This document shows, one piece after another, positions 48,810 to 57,360 of a stretch of DNA of 64,000 nucleotides; positions within the stretch are counted from its first letter, which is position 1; every line of letters starts with the position of its first letter. The stretch covers positions 62,531 through 126,530 of the forward strand of contig CACMQS010000003.1 of assembly GCA_902615845.1 (NCBI GenBank), read 5' to 3'. Source of the stretch: an uncultured Alphaproteobacteria bacterium (GTDB taxonomy: Bacteria > Pseudomonadota > Alphaproteobacteria > HIMB59 > GCA-002718135). Both the position numbers and the translations under genes were made by a program. The notes below the pieces were generated by a model. That model saw only the letters and a list, made by a program, of their open reading frames with translations, was not told the origin of the DNA and did not search any database.

Positions 48810-48894
48810 GGGAGTATGGCGGAACTGGTAGACGCGCCGGATTCAAAATCCGGTCACTTCGGTGGTGTGGGTTCGATTCCCTCTACTCCTACCA
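48810..48894 (+). tRNA. tRNA-Leu (anticodon CAA)
   Basis: Acceptor GGGAGTA/TACTCCT, D-loop TGGTAGA, anticodon arm CCGGA-TTCAAAA-TCCGG, long variable arm, TTCGATT T-loop, encoded CCA. Confidence 0.95.
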
Positions 48895-50050
48895 ATTTAT
48901 CATCACGCATTATAAAAAACATAAGTAAAGCAATCAAAAACATTATTACGCCTAATGCATACATATTAAATGTTAAACCAAAAGTTTCAGCTGAAATCCC
49001 AACAACCGCAGGTCCAAATATAGCTCCTACAAAAGCAATACTTGATACATGAGAAATAGTAACTGGAATTGGATTTTGAGAATTTTTTACTGCCTGTCTA
49101 AATACTATGGGCATAACGTTGGAAATTAACATTCCAAAAAGTGTTATAGCTATGAAAATAATAATTATATTTTGAGAAAAAATACTTAATACTAATATTA
49201 TTGAACCAATCATTGCAAAACATGGGCCTACAATTACTTCACCAAGTTTTGTAATTAATTTTGAAGCAAACATATTACTTATGATCTCACCTAAATTAAA
49301 AAAAATAACTATTGAACCGACTAAAAAAATTGGCGCAGAAAGATCAGTAACGAGCCATAAAGGTGACCATTGAATTATTATTCCCATAAATGCGATAATA
49401 CACATGTTAATTGATGCGAACATGATAATTTTATAATTTGGAATTGAAAATCTAGGATTTTTGTTAACCACATCATACTTTGCATGCAATCCAAAAAAGT
49501 ACATTGTCAAAGTTGATATAAAAACAAACAAACCAACAATAAAAGTAGTATTAACAGGGTCAATTTCTAAACCTAGACATAAACTAGATATTCCTGCGCC
49601 AAAAAGAAATCCAAAATTAAACGATGATTTAAAAATTGGATTAAGAATTTTTTTAGTTTTTTCTTCTATTATCGCAACTTGTGTAAATATATTTGGTGCT
49701 TGTATGCCAATAGAAATACCCCACAACATAGATACAAAAATAAAAAAATTATAAGAAGAGAAATAAAAAATAGAAAATGGAATAAATGCATACAATACCC
49801 TGGCAATAATTAAACAATTTGTGCTTCCTATTTTTGGGAGTAAAAAACGTGTTGTTAGTTGATTTGTAATTACATTACAGATACCAAAAATAATAAATCC
49901 TATAGAAAATTCTGTTTTTGTCATATCAATCAAATCAAAAAGAATTGGTGAATTTACCATGAACATACTGAAGGTAAGCGTTGCAAAGAATCCTTGTGAA
50001 AAGGTTGCATAAAATGCGGTTTTTAATTCTTTAGTTTCTATATTTTCCAT
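48854..50050 (-). CDS. MFS transporter
   Basis: About 12 hydrophobic segments in 398 aa, QWSPLWL, G..GP..VG; 3' end overlaps the tRNA antisense. Confidence 0.82.
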   Translation of the reverse strand: MENIETKELKTAFYATFSQGFFATLTFSMFMVNSPILFDLIDMTKTEFSIGFIIFGICNVITNQLTTRFLLPKIGSTNCLIIARVLYAFIPFSIFYFSSYNFFIFVSMLWGISIGIQAPNIFTQVAIIEEKTKKILNPIFKSSFNFGFLFGAGISSLCLGLEIDPVNTTFIVGLFVFISTLTMYFFGLHAKYDVVNKNPRFSIPNYKIIMFASINMCIIAFMGIIIQWSPLWLVTDLSAPIFLVGSIVIFFNLGEIISNMFASKLITKLGEVIVGPCFAMIGSIILVLSIFSQNIIIIFIAITLFGMLISNVMPIVFRQAVKNSQNPIPVTISHVSSIAFVGAIFGPAVVGISAETFGLTFNMYALGVIMFLIALLMFFIMRDDKLVGVEGIEPTPPK

Positions 50051-50125
50051 GTAGGTAATATTTATGATAATTTAGATTTAATATCATTAATAGTATAAAT
50101 CAAAAATATTAAAAAAAATAATTAA

Positions 50126-50710
50126 ATGAATTTTCTTAAAAAAACTTACAATTGGACTTTAGAAAAAGCACAACATAAAAATGCAAAATGGTATTTAAGT
50201 TTAATATCATTTGCAGAAAGCTCATTTTTTCCAATTCCACCAGACATATTGTTAATACCAATGGCATTAGCTTCCAAAGCAAGGGCTTTATTTTATGCTT
50301 TTATGTGTACACTGTTTTCAGTTCTAGGAGGAATACTAGGATACGCAATAGGATATTTTTTTTACAATTCAGTAGGTATTTATATTATAGACTTTTATCA
50401 TTTAGAAAATTCTTTTAATATTTTTGAAAATTATTACAAAGAATTTGGTATATTGATTGTTCTTGGTGCTGGAATAACTCCATTTCCTTATAAGTTTATT
50501 ACAATTGCAAGCGGTGTATTTGGATTAAATATTTTTTTATTTATTATTGTTTCTATTATTAGTCGAGGATTAAGATTTTATTTAATTGCAATACTTCTTT
50601 ATTTTTTTGGTGAAAAAATAAGGTTAATTATTGATAAATATTTTAATATTTTAACTATTGTGTTTTTTATTTTACTTGTTGGTAGTGTTTTTATAATTAG
50701 ATTTTTATGA
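50126..50710 (+). CDS. DedA/YqaA family membrane protein
   Basis: SFAESSFFPIPPD, SVLGG..GY, TPFPYK, RGLRF. Confidence 0.9.
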   Translation: MNFLKKTYNWTLEKAQHKNAKWYLSLISFAESSFFPIPPDILLIPMALASKARALFYAFMCTLFSVLGGILGYAIGYFFYNSVGIYIIDFYHLENSFNIFENYYKEFGILIVLGAGITPFPYKFITIASGVFGLNIFLFIIVSIISRGLRFYLIAILLYFFGEKIRLIIDKYFNILTIVFFILLVGSVFIIRFL

Positions 50711-51201
50711 TAATTCGTAATTGGACAACACTTTTATTTTTTATTTCGCTTATTTCGATATCATCAGCGTTAATTGCAGAATATTTTTTTAATCTTCAGC
50801 CATGTGAATTGTGTTTAAAGCAAAGACATCCGTATTATTTAATTTTAATATGTTTAATTTTGACATTTTTATTCAAAAATTTAAATAAAATTTGGCTTTA
50901 TTTAGGAATACAGTTTGCATCAGTTTACGGGCTTTTTTATTCTATATGGCACGTAGGAGTTGAAAATAAAATTCTTAAAGGACCAGCAGGTTGTTCAGCA
51001 ATGCTAACAAAAAGTGAAAATACTACAGACCTTAAAGCGCAGATATTATCAAAACAGGTAATTAGTTGTGATGAAGTTATTTGGAGTTTTTTTGGAATTT
51101 CTGCTGCTTCAATTAATACGCTTGTTTTACTAGTTATTTTTATTTTAAATGCTATTTATTTATTTAAATACTATGGTTTTAAAAAAGAAAAAAACATATA
51201 A
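50707..51201 (+). CDS. dsbB: Disulfide bond formation protein B
   Basis: PCELCLKQR, H.GVE, second Cys pair (GC...SCD), TM helices. Confidence 0.88.
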   Translation: MIIRNWTTLLFFISLISISSALIAEYFFNLQPCELCLKQRHPYYLILICLILTFLFKNLNKIWLYLGIQFASVYGLFYSIWHVGVENKILKGPAGCSAMLTKSENTTDLKAQILSKQVISCDEVIWSFFGISAASINTLVLLVIFILNAIYLFKYYGFKKEKNI

Positions 51202-51742
51202 AAAAAAATCCTCGTCAAATAGAGCTACTCATAGGGAGATTTTAGAAGAAATCATAAGAGTCGATCATGCTGGAGAATATGGTGCAACTAAAATATATGA
51301 TGGGCAAATAGCAATTTTTGGGAAAAGCTCAAAGCTTGGCAAAACCATTCAACATATGGCTGATCAAGAACAAGAGCATATTGATAAATTTAATGAATTA
51401 ATATTAGAGCATAGAGTTAGACCAACTGCTCTCCTACCTTTGTGGAATGTTGCGGGTTACGCGCTTGGAGCATCCACTGCCTTAATGGGTGAAAAAGCTG
51501 CCATGGCGTGTACTGTTGCTGTTGAAAAAGTAATCGGTGAACATTACCAAGAACAATTGGAGCTCTTAGGAGATGACCATAAAGATTTAAAAAAAACAAT
51601 TTCCAAATTCCGAGATGATGAACTTGAACATCATGATATTGGAATAGAACATGATGCAGAAAGTGCGCCAGGATATAAAATTATGTCAAAAGTAATTGAA
51701 CTTGGATGTAAAACTGCAATTGCTATCTCAAAAAAAATTTAA
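51173..51742 (+). CDS. coq7: Demethoxyubiquinone hydroxylase
   Basis: IRVDHAGEYGA..IY.GQ, E.EH, RPT.L.PLW, CTVAVE..I.EHY, DE.EH; start set at ATG 51173. Confidence 0.92.
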   Translation: MVLKKKKTYKKKSSSNRATHREILEEIIRVDHAGEYGATKIYDGQIAIFGKSSKLGKTIQHMADQEQEHIDKFNELILEHRVRPTALLPLWNVAGYALGASTALMGEKAAMACTVAVEKVIGEHYQEQLELLGDDHKDLKKTISKFRDDELEHHDIGIEHDAESAPGYKIMSKVIELGCKTAIAISKKI

Positions 51743-52293
51743 TTTTCTAATTCAGTATCCCAATATAAATAATCTCTCCAAGTTTCATGTAAAAAATTAG
51801 GAGGGAAATTTCTTCCATTATTTTGTAGTTGAATTGATGATGGTCGGAGAGGTTTTTTAAAAAGTTTCATATCTGTATTCTGTATAAGTTTTCTTCCTTT
51901 TTTTAGATTACACGATGTGCATGCAGAGACGACGTTTTCCCAAGTAGTTTTTCCATTCAAACATTTAGGAACTAAATGATCAAATGTTAGTTCATTTGCA
52001 GGGAAACGATTAGTGCAATACTGGCAAGTAAAATTATCTCTTAAAAATACATTAAAACGAGTGAACGCAGGTCTTCTTTGAGGCGTTACATAATCTTTAA
52101 GTGCAATTACACTTGGTAACTTAAAAGTAAGATTTGGAGAATGAACTTCATGCTCATAATTTTCAATCACTGAAACTCTTTCAAGAAAAACGGCTTTAAT
52201 GGCATCTTGCCATGAGCATAAGGAAAGTGGGTAATACGATAGTGGCCGAAAATCAGCATTAAGAACCAAAGCTGGATTTTCTGCGGTACTCAT
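51739..52293 (-). CDS. HNH endonuclease (McrA-like, conserved type)
   Basis: ALVLNADFRPLS, RDNFTCQYC, LTFDHLVP, WENVV.AC..CN..K. Confidence 0.9.
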   Translation of the reverse strand: MSTAENPALVLNADFRPLSYYPLSLCSWQDAIKAVFLERVSVIENYEHEVHSPNLTFKLPSVIALKDYVTPQRRPAFTRFNVFLRDNFTCQYCTNRFPANELTFDHLVPKCLNGKTTWENVVSACTSCNLKKGRKLIQNTDMKLFKKPLRPSSIQLQNNGRNFPPNFLHETWRDYLYWDTELEN

Positions 52294-52357
52294 TTTAGTT
52301 TCTACTCACCCAAGTCATATTATTCAAATAGTAATATAATATGAAGATTCGATTACT

Positions 52358-53038
52358 TTAAATATTTTTTTTAATAAAATTTTGGAATAAAGTTATTGTT
52401 TCTTGTGACATTGTGTGCTCATCTTTTTCAATAAGATAATTTTCAAAATTGTAATTGTAATTTTTTAATACTTGAACTGAATCATTATAATTGGAAATAG
52501 GCAAAACAGCGTCATGGCCACCATGAGAAATAAAAATTGGTGTTTTTAAAAATGCATTATTAGGCTTGTGCTCTTTTGATATAATTCTTGAAGATATAAT
52601 TGCTAAGCCTGCCAACTGATTTTGTAATATCTGCCCGAGTTCAAAAGCCATCATACCTCCTTGAGAAAAACCCATAACAAAACAATCGGTCATTTCTAAA
52701 TCTAAATTTACTAATAAAAGAGAAATAGAGTTATGAATTTTTTCTACATTCTCAGATATTTTTTTTTTGGCTACATCATATTCTTTTGCACTAGCATTAG
52801 AAATATGTGTGCCATTTAGGTAAAGCTGAAACCACTCATACCCCATAGGAAAATCTTGAATTGTATCTGGTGCATTTAATGCAACATATTTCATCTCAAA
52901 GTCATCTTGATCTATTAAATTTGCAATTTGAATGAAATTGGTAGCGTTATCACCATATCCATGAAGCATAATCATCAATTTTTTTGGATTTTGGTGTTTA
53001 GTAAGTGATGGGCCTTTTAAAATTTCAACCATAAACAA
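52358..53038 (-). CDS. Phospholipase/carboxylesterase (alpha/beta hydrolase)
   Basis: LHGYG, GFSQG, HG..D.V, H. Confidence 0.88.
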   Translation of the reverse strand: MFMVEILKGPSLTKHQNPKKLMIMLHGYGDNATNFIQIANLIDQDDFEMKYVALNAPDTIQDFPMGYEWFQLYLNGTHISNASAKEYDVAKKKISENVEKIHNSISLLLVNLDLEMTDCFVMGFSQGGMMAFELGQILQNQLAGLAIISSRIISKEHKPNNAFLKTPIFISHGGHDAVLPISNYNDSVQVLKNYNYNFENYLIEKDEHTMSQETITLFQNFIKKNI

Positions 53039-53094
53039 ACGCTTTATTTAGGACATCTTGTTTCATAAAATAAAAGTTTTATATAGATAATTAT

Positions 53095-53289
53095 ATGAGC
53101 ACAATGCAAATAATATTAGTGTTGTTTATGGCTGCAACACTTACTGTAGTAGTAATTGGTGTTATTGCAATGGCAGTCAATGGAAAACTAAATAAAAATC
53201 ATAGTAATAAATTAATGCGTTTAAGAGTGCTTTTCCAAGCAATAGCTATATTTGTTTTCGTTGTTATTGTATGGCTAGCAAGAAATTAG
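53095..53289 (+). CDS. Twin transmembrane helix small protein (HIG1 domain)
   Basis: SNKLMRLRVLFQ motif between two TM helices. Confidence 0.88.
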   Translation: MSTMQIILVLFMAATLTVVVIGVIAMAVNGKLNKNHSNKLMRLRVLFQAIAIFVFVVIVWLARN

Positions 53290-53343
53290 TATTTAGACTC
53301 TAGAAATATTTTATAATATTTAGTATATAGACGCAGGGTTCAT

Positions 53344-53529
53344 ATGGGCATACACTTTAATCATAAATCTAAAGCGGGCGACCGCAAAATGCAAAAAGAG
53401 CTTAAGCTAAAAATGAAAGCTGAGGAGCGCAAAAAGAAACGTGAAAAGCAAGAAAGACTTAAAATGGAAGAGGAAATGCGTAAACTCGAAGAACTTACAA
53501 GACCTGATAAAGAAGAAAATAAGCAGTAG
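53344..53529 (+). CDS. Small charged coiled-coil hypothetical protein
   Basis: 61-aa K/E/R-rich ORF filling an intergenic gap; no family recognised. Confidence 0.6.
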   Translation: MGIHFNHKSKAGDRKMQKELKLKMKAEERKKKREKQERLKMEEEMRKLEELTRPDKEENKQ

Positions 53530-53560
53530 CAAAAATATTTATTACTAAAAATTTTTAAAT

Positions 53561-54379
53561 TTAACTTATTGGTAATGGATAGTTTTCAGCTATGAATTCT
53601 TTTAGAATTTCTAATGTTTGATCTGCTTCTTCTAGGAGCATCATATGACCACAATCTTCAATAATCTTTACTTCCGAGCCTTTAATATAATCAGCAAGAA
53701 TTTTTCCATCTTTTAAACGGCACATTCTATCTTGTGCACCTAATATAGAGAGAGTTGGTAAATCTAATTTTTTAGCAATCTCAGGTCCGTTTTTATAATT
53801 ATCGCATGCTCTAAAATCCACACCTAAGGTATCTTTAATTTCTTTATTTTGAACTATCATAGAACCAACATTTAGGTGATATAAGCCAGGAACAGGATGA
53901 CCTCCAAAATGTCCTGCAGGCCCGTGTGCAAAATCCATCATAAGATCAACAGCCTTAGGATTACTCTCTTCAGCAAGCCTTAATAGTTCAGGATTCATTG
54001 GAATTGCAGATGCGCCACCCATAAGAGTTAACGTTTTAATTTTTTCTGGGTGTTGAGCAACACATTCCATTGTTACAAGACATCCTTGAGAATGTCCAAC
54101 AAGTGAAGCTTCTTTACATCCAACTGCTCCAATTACATCGCCAACCCAGTTTCCCATTTCTTCAATAGTTTTTAAACTTTCACCAGAAGAAAGTCCGTGA
54201 CCTGGTAAATCAACAGCTAAAACGCTATATCCACGGAATGCAAAGTAGCGGGTTTGTAAAACCCAAACCATGTGACTTAGTCCACTACCGTGAACGAAGA
54301 TTATAAGGGGTTTATTTTTATCAAAAGGTCTGCCTCCAGTGGAGGCAAACGTATCAATTCCGCGAACTTTAAACTTCAT
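53561..54379 (-). CDS. Alpha/beta hydrolase
   Basis: FVHG, DLPGHG.S, GHSQG, D, GHM. Confidence 0.88.
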   Translation of the reverse strand: MKFKVRGIDTFASTGGRPFDKNKPLIIFVHGSGLSHMVWVLQTRYFAFRGYSVLAVDLPGHGLSSGESLKTIEEMGNWVGDVIGAVGCKEASLVGHSQGCLVTMECVAQHPEKIKTLTLMGGASAIPMNPELLRLAEESNPKAVDLMMDFAHGPAGHFGGHPVPGLYHLNVGSMIVQNKEIKDTLGVDFRACDNYKNGPEIAKKLDLPTLSILGAQDRMCRLKDGKILADYIKGSEVKIIEDCGHMMLLEEADQTLEILKEFIAENYPLPIS

Positions 54380-55690
54380 TTATTTGTTTGCAACTAAGCG
54401 AGGTTTTTTTGCAGCTCTGAATCCATCTTCGAAATCGTTTACAATATCTTCAAAGTCTTCTAAGCCAACAGATAATCTAATCATATCATGAGATAATCCA
54501 GCAAATTTTAAAGTTGCCTCATCCATTTGTGAGTGTGTTGCAGATGCTGGGTGTATAACTAGTGTTCTTGCATCACCAACATTTGCTAAATGTGACGCAA
54601 GTTTAACATTATTAATGAAAGCAGCACCTGCTTCTTTCCCACCTTTAATTCCAAAGGCAATCATTGATCCAGTTCCCTTAGGAAGAATTTTTTCTGCTAG
54701 TTCCTTATCAGGATGTCCTGGTGCACTTGCATGAGACACCCAAGCGACACTTTCATGATTAGATAAATACTCAACCATCTTTAAAGCATTGGAGCAATGT
54801 TTTTCCATACGAAGAGAAAGAGTTTCAAGTCCGTGTAAAATGTTCCACGCATTTTGAGGAGCTAAGCAAGGTCCCATGTCTCTCATTCCTTCGGCTCTTG
54901 CCATCATTGTAAACGCTGTTGGGCCAAATTCTTCTGCAAATGATAGTCCATGATAGCCTTCATAAGGTTCTGTCATTGATGGAAACTTATCATTTTGCAT
55001 CCAATCAAATGTTCCACCTTCAACTAAAATACCAGCCATAGAAGAACCATTACCACTCATCCATTTAGTTAATGAGTGAACTACAAGGTCAGCTCCGTGT
55101 TCAAAAGGTCTGCACAAATAAGGAGTTTGATACGTACTATCAATTATTAGTGGGATACCTGCTTCTTTTGCTATGTTTGAAACTTCAGGCATATTCATCA
55201 ATTCATTACCAGGATTACCAACAAGCTCACCAAAAATTCCTTTGGTATTTGGTTGAATAGCTTTTTTAAAACCTTCTGTATCTCTTGGTTTTACAAAAGT
55301 TGTTTTAATACCAAACTTAGGAAGCGTTAATCTAAATAAATTTACAGTTCCACCGTAAAGCTGAGAAGAAACAACCATGTGATCACCGGCGTTACAAAGA
55401 GTCATAATAGTTAAAAATATTGCACTCATTCCTGATGCAGTTGCAAGAGCAGCTGTTCCTCCTTCAAGTGCACAAACTCTTTCTTCTAGAACTTGTACTG
55501 TTGGGTTGGACATACGACTATAAATATGACCACCTCTTTCTAAATTAAAAAGTGCTGCTGCATGGTCAACATCATCAAACATGTATGAAGTTGTTTGATA
55601 AATTGGTACTTGTCTTGAGCCAGCATTTTTGCTCGGTTGATAACCGGCATGTAGACTAAGTGTGTCAAATTTATAAGTTTTTGGATCCAT
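54380..55690 (-). CDS. metY: O-acetylhomoserine aminocarboxypropyltransferase / sulfhydrylase
   Basis: PIYQTTSY, YSRMSNPT, ALEGG, HSLTKW, HLANVGDARTL.IHPAS.TH, IRLSVGLE. Confidence 0.85.
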   Translation of the reverse strand: MDPKTYKFDTLSLHAGYQPSKNAGSRQVPIYQTTSYMFDDVDHAAALFNLERGGHIYSRMSNPTVQVLEERVCALEGGTAALATASGMSAIFLTIMTLCNAGDHMVVSSQLYGGTVNLFRLTLPKFGIKTTFVKPRDTEGFKKAIQPNTKGIFGELVGNPGNELMNMPEVSNIAKEAGIPLIIDSTYQTPYLCRPFEHGADLVVHSLTKWMSGNGSSMAGILVEGGTFDWMQNDKFPSMTEPYEGYHGLSFAEEFGPTAFTMMARAEGMRDMGPCLAPQNAWNILHGLETLSLRMEKHCSNALKMVEYLSNHESVAWVSHASAPGHPDKELAEKILPKGTGSMIAFGIKGGKEAGAAFINNVKLASHLANVGDARTLVIHPASATHSQMDEATLKFAGLSHDMIRLSVGLEDFEDIVNDFEDGFRAAKKPRLVANK

Positions 55691-57322
55691 TTATAACTCC
55701 TTTGCTTTTGTTCTTAATTCAAACTTTTGTATCTTCCCAGTTGAAGTTTTTGGTAATTCACCAAAGATTACATGCTTTGGCCTTTTAAATCCAGCCATAT
55801 TTTCTTTGCAAAACTGAATTATATCATCTTCTGTGGCATTTTTTCCAGGTGCTAATTCTACAAAAGCACAAGGTGTTTCACCCCACTTCTCATCTGGTTT
55901 GGCGACTACTGCAACCAAGGAAACAGCTGGATGTTTTGCAACAACATTCTCCACTTCCACAGATGAAATATTTTCTCCACCAGAAATTATAATATCTTTC
56001 GATCTATCTTTTATTTGAATATATCCGTCAGGATAGACAACAGCTAAATCACCAGAGTGAAACCATCCTTTTTTCATGGATGTTTCAGTCGCCTCTTTAT
56101 TTTTGTAATATCCTTTCATCACAACATTTCCTCGAATTAAAATCTCTCCCATGGTTTCTCCATCCATTGGAACTTTTTCGTAGGTCTCTGGATCTGCGAC
56201 ACAAACTTCTTCAGTATTTGGATAACGAACACCTTGTCTTGCTTTAATATCAGCTTTTTCAGATTTTGATTGTGACTCCCATTCTTCATTCCACGCGCAT
56301 TGAAGAATATGGCCGTATGTTTCAGTTAACCCATATACATGCATAACTTCAAAACCTAAGTTATCCATCTTTTCAAGAATTGCACTCGTTGGTGGAGCTC
56401 CAGCAGTTAATACATATACTTTATGATTTATTTCCTTTTTATCTCTCTCATCTGCGTTAGCAATTAAACTTAAAACTATGGGAGCGCCTCCGAAATGAGT
56501 TACTTTATATTTATCTATTAAGTTATAGATATCTTTTGCAACAATATATCTGCAGCAAATAATCTTTGCATGTATTAAAGCGGCTGTCCAAGGGTAGCCC
56601 CATCCGTTACAGTGGAACATTGGAACGGTATATAGAAATGTTAATTTATTGGGCATGTTCCATGCCGTGACACTTCCTGTTGACATTAAATATGATCCAC
56701 GGTGGTGATACACAACACCTTTTGGTTTACCAGTTGTGCCTGATGTATAGCTTAGTGAGATTGCTTGCCATTCATCTTCAGGTAAAGACCAATTAAAATT
56801 ATCATCACCCGTTTGTAAGAATTCTTCATATGTCATTTCTCCAATTTTTTCACCCTCACCATCTTTAAAAACTGCCTGATCATCATGAATATCAATAATA
56901 GGAATATTCTTCCCATATATTTGCAAAGCTTTTTTCATTGTAGGTGAAAATTGAGTATCAGTTATAAGAATTTTTGCATCACTATGATCTAGAATATACG
57001 CAATTGTATCTGCATCAAGTCTAGTATTGATCGTATTAATAACGCCACCAGTCATTGGGATAGAATAATGTGCTTCGAATAATTCAGGAGTATTTGCCGC
57101 TATGATTGAAACGGTACTTCCTTTTGTAATTCCTTTTTTTGCTAATGCACTAGCAAACTTGGTACATCGATTATAGGTTTCAAGCCAAGTGTAACTTCTT
57201 TTTCCATAAACTAAAGAGTCATAGTTTGGATAAATATCTTTCACGCGAGTTATAAAACTTAATGGTGATAGTGGAACAAAATTGGCTGAATTTTTATCTA
57301 GGTTTGTATCAAAATTACTCAT
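55691..57322 (-). CDS. Acyl-CoA synthetase (AMP-binding), DmdB-like candidate
   Basis: ANFVPLSPLSF, YTSGTTGKPKG, PMFHCNGW, YGLTE, HSGD, DIIISGGENI, PKTSTGK. Confidence 0.88.
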   Translation of the reverse strand: MSNFDTNLDKNSANFVPLSPLSFITRVKDIYPNYDSLVYGKRSYTWLETYNRCTKFASALAKKGITKGSTVSIIAANTPELFEAHYSIPMTGGVINTINTRLDADTIAYILDHSDAKILITDTQFSPTMKKALQIYGKNIPIIDIHDDQAVFKDGEGEKIGEMTYEEFLQTGDDNFNWSLPEDEWQAISLSYTSGTTGKPKGVVYHHRGSYLMSTGSVTAWNMPNKLTFLYTVPMFHCNGWGYPWTAALIHAKIICCRYIVAKDIYNLIDKYKVTHFGGAPIVLSLIANADERDKKEINHKVYVLTAGAPPTSAILEKMDNLGFEVMHVYGLTETYGHILQCAWNEEWESQSKSEKADIKARQGVRYPNTEEVCVADPETYEKVPMDGETMGEILIRGNVVMKGYYKNKEATETSMKKGWFHSGDLAVVYPDGYIQIKDRSKDIIISGGENISSVEVENVVAKHPAVSLVAVVAKPDEKWGETPCAFVELAPGKNATEDDIIQFCKENMAGFKRPKHVIFGELPKTSTGKIQKFELRTKAKEL

Positions 57323-57360
57323 CTGTTTCCTAAAAGGATCAAATACTACAAGAAATTAAT

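Noticed and set aside
48860..48894. tRNA 3' end as att site of an integrated element
   Set aside because: No duplicate of the tRNA 3' end noticed by eye and no integrase in the window; not excluded computationally
48816..49052. 78-aa ORF MAELVDAPDSKSG...
   Set aside because: It is a translation of the tRNA-Leu gene plus MFS antisense sequence
51739..52293. HNH nuclease as a defence or mobile element
   Set aside because: It resembles the conserved standalone HNH found among housekeeping genes; no methylase, repeats or mobility genes adjacent
55680..55700. SAM riboswitch upstream of metY, as known in some marine alphaproteobacteria
   Set aside because: metY abuts the upstream gene with no leader, and the 38-nt gap before the ligase shows no such motif
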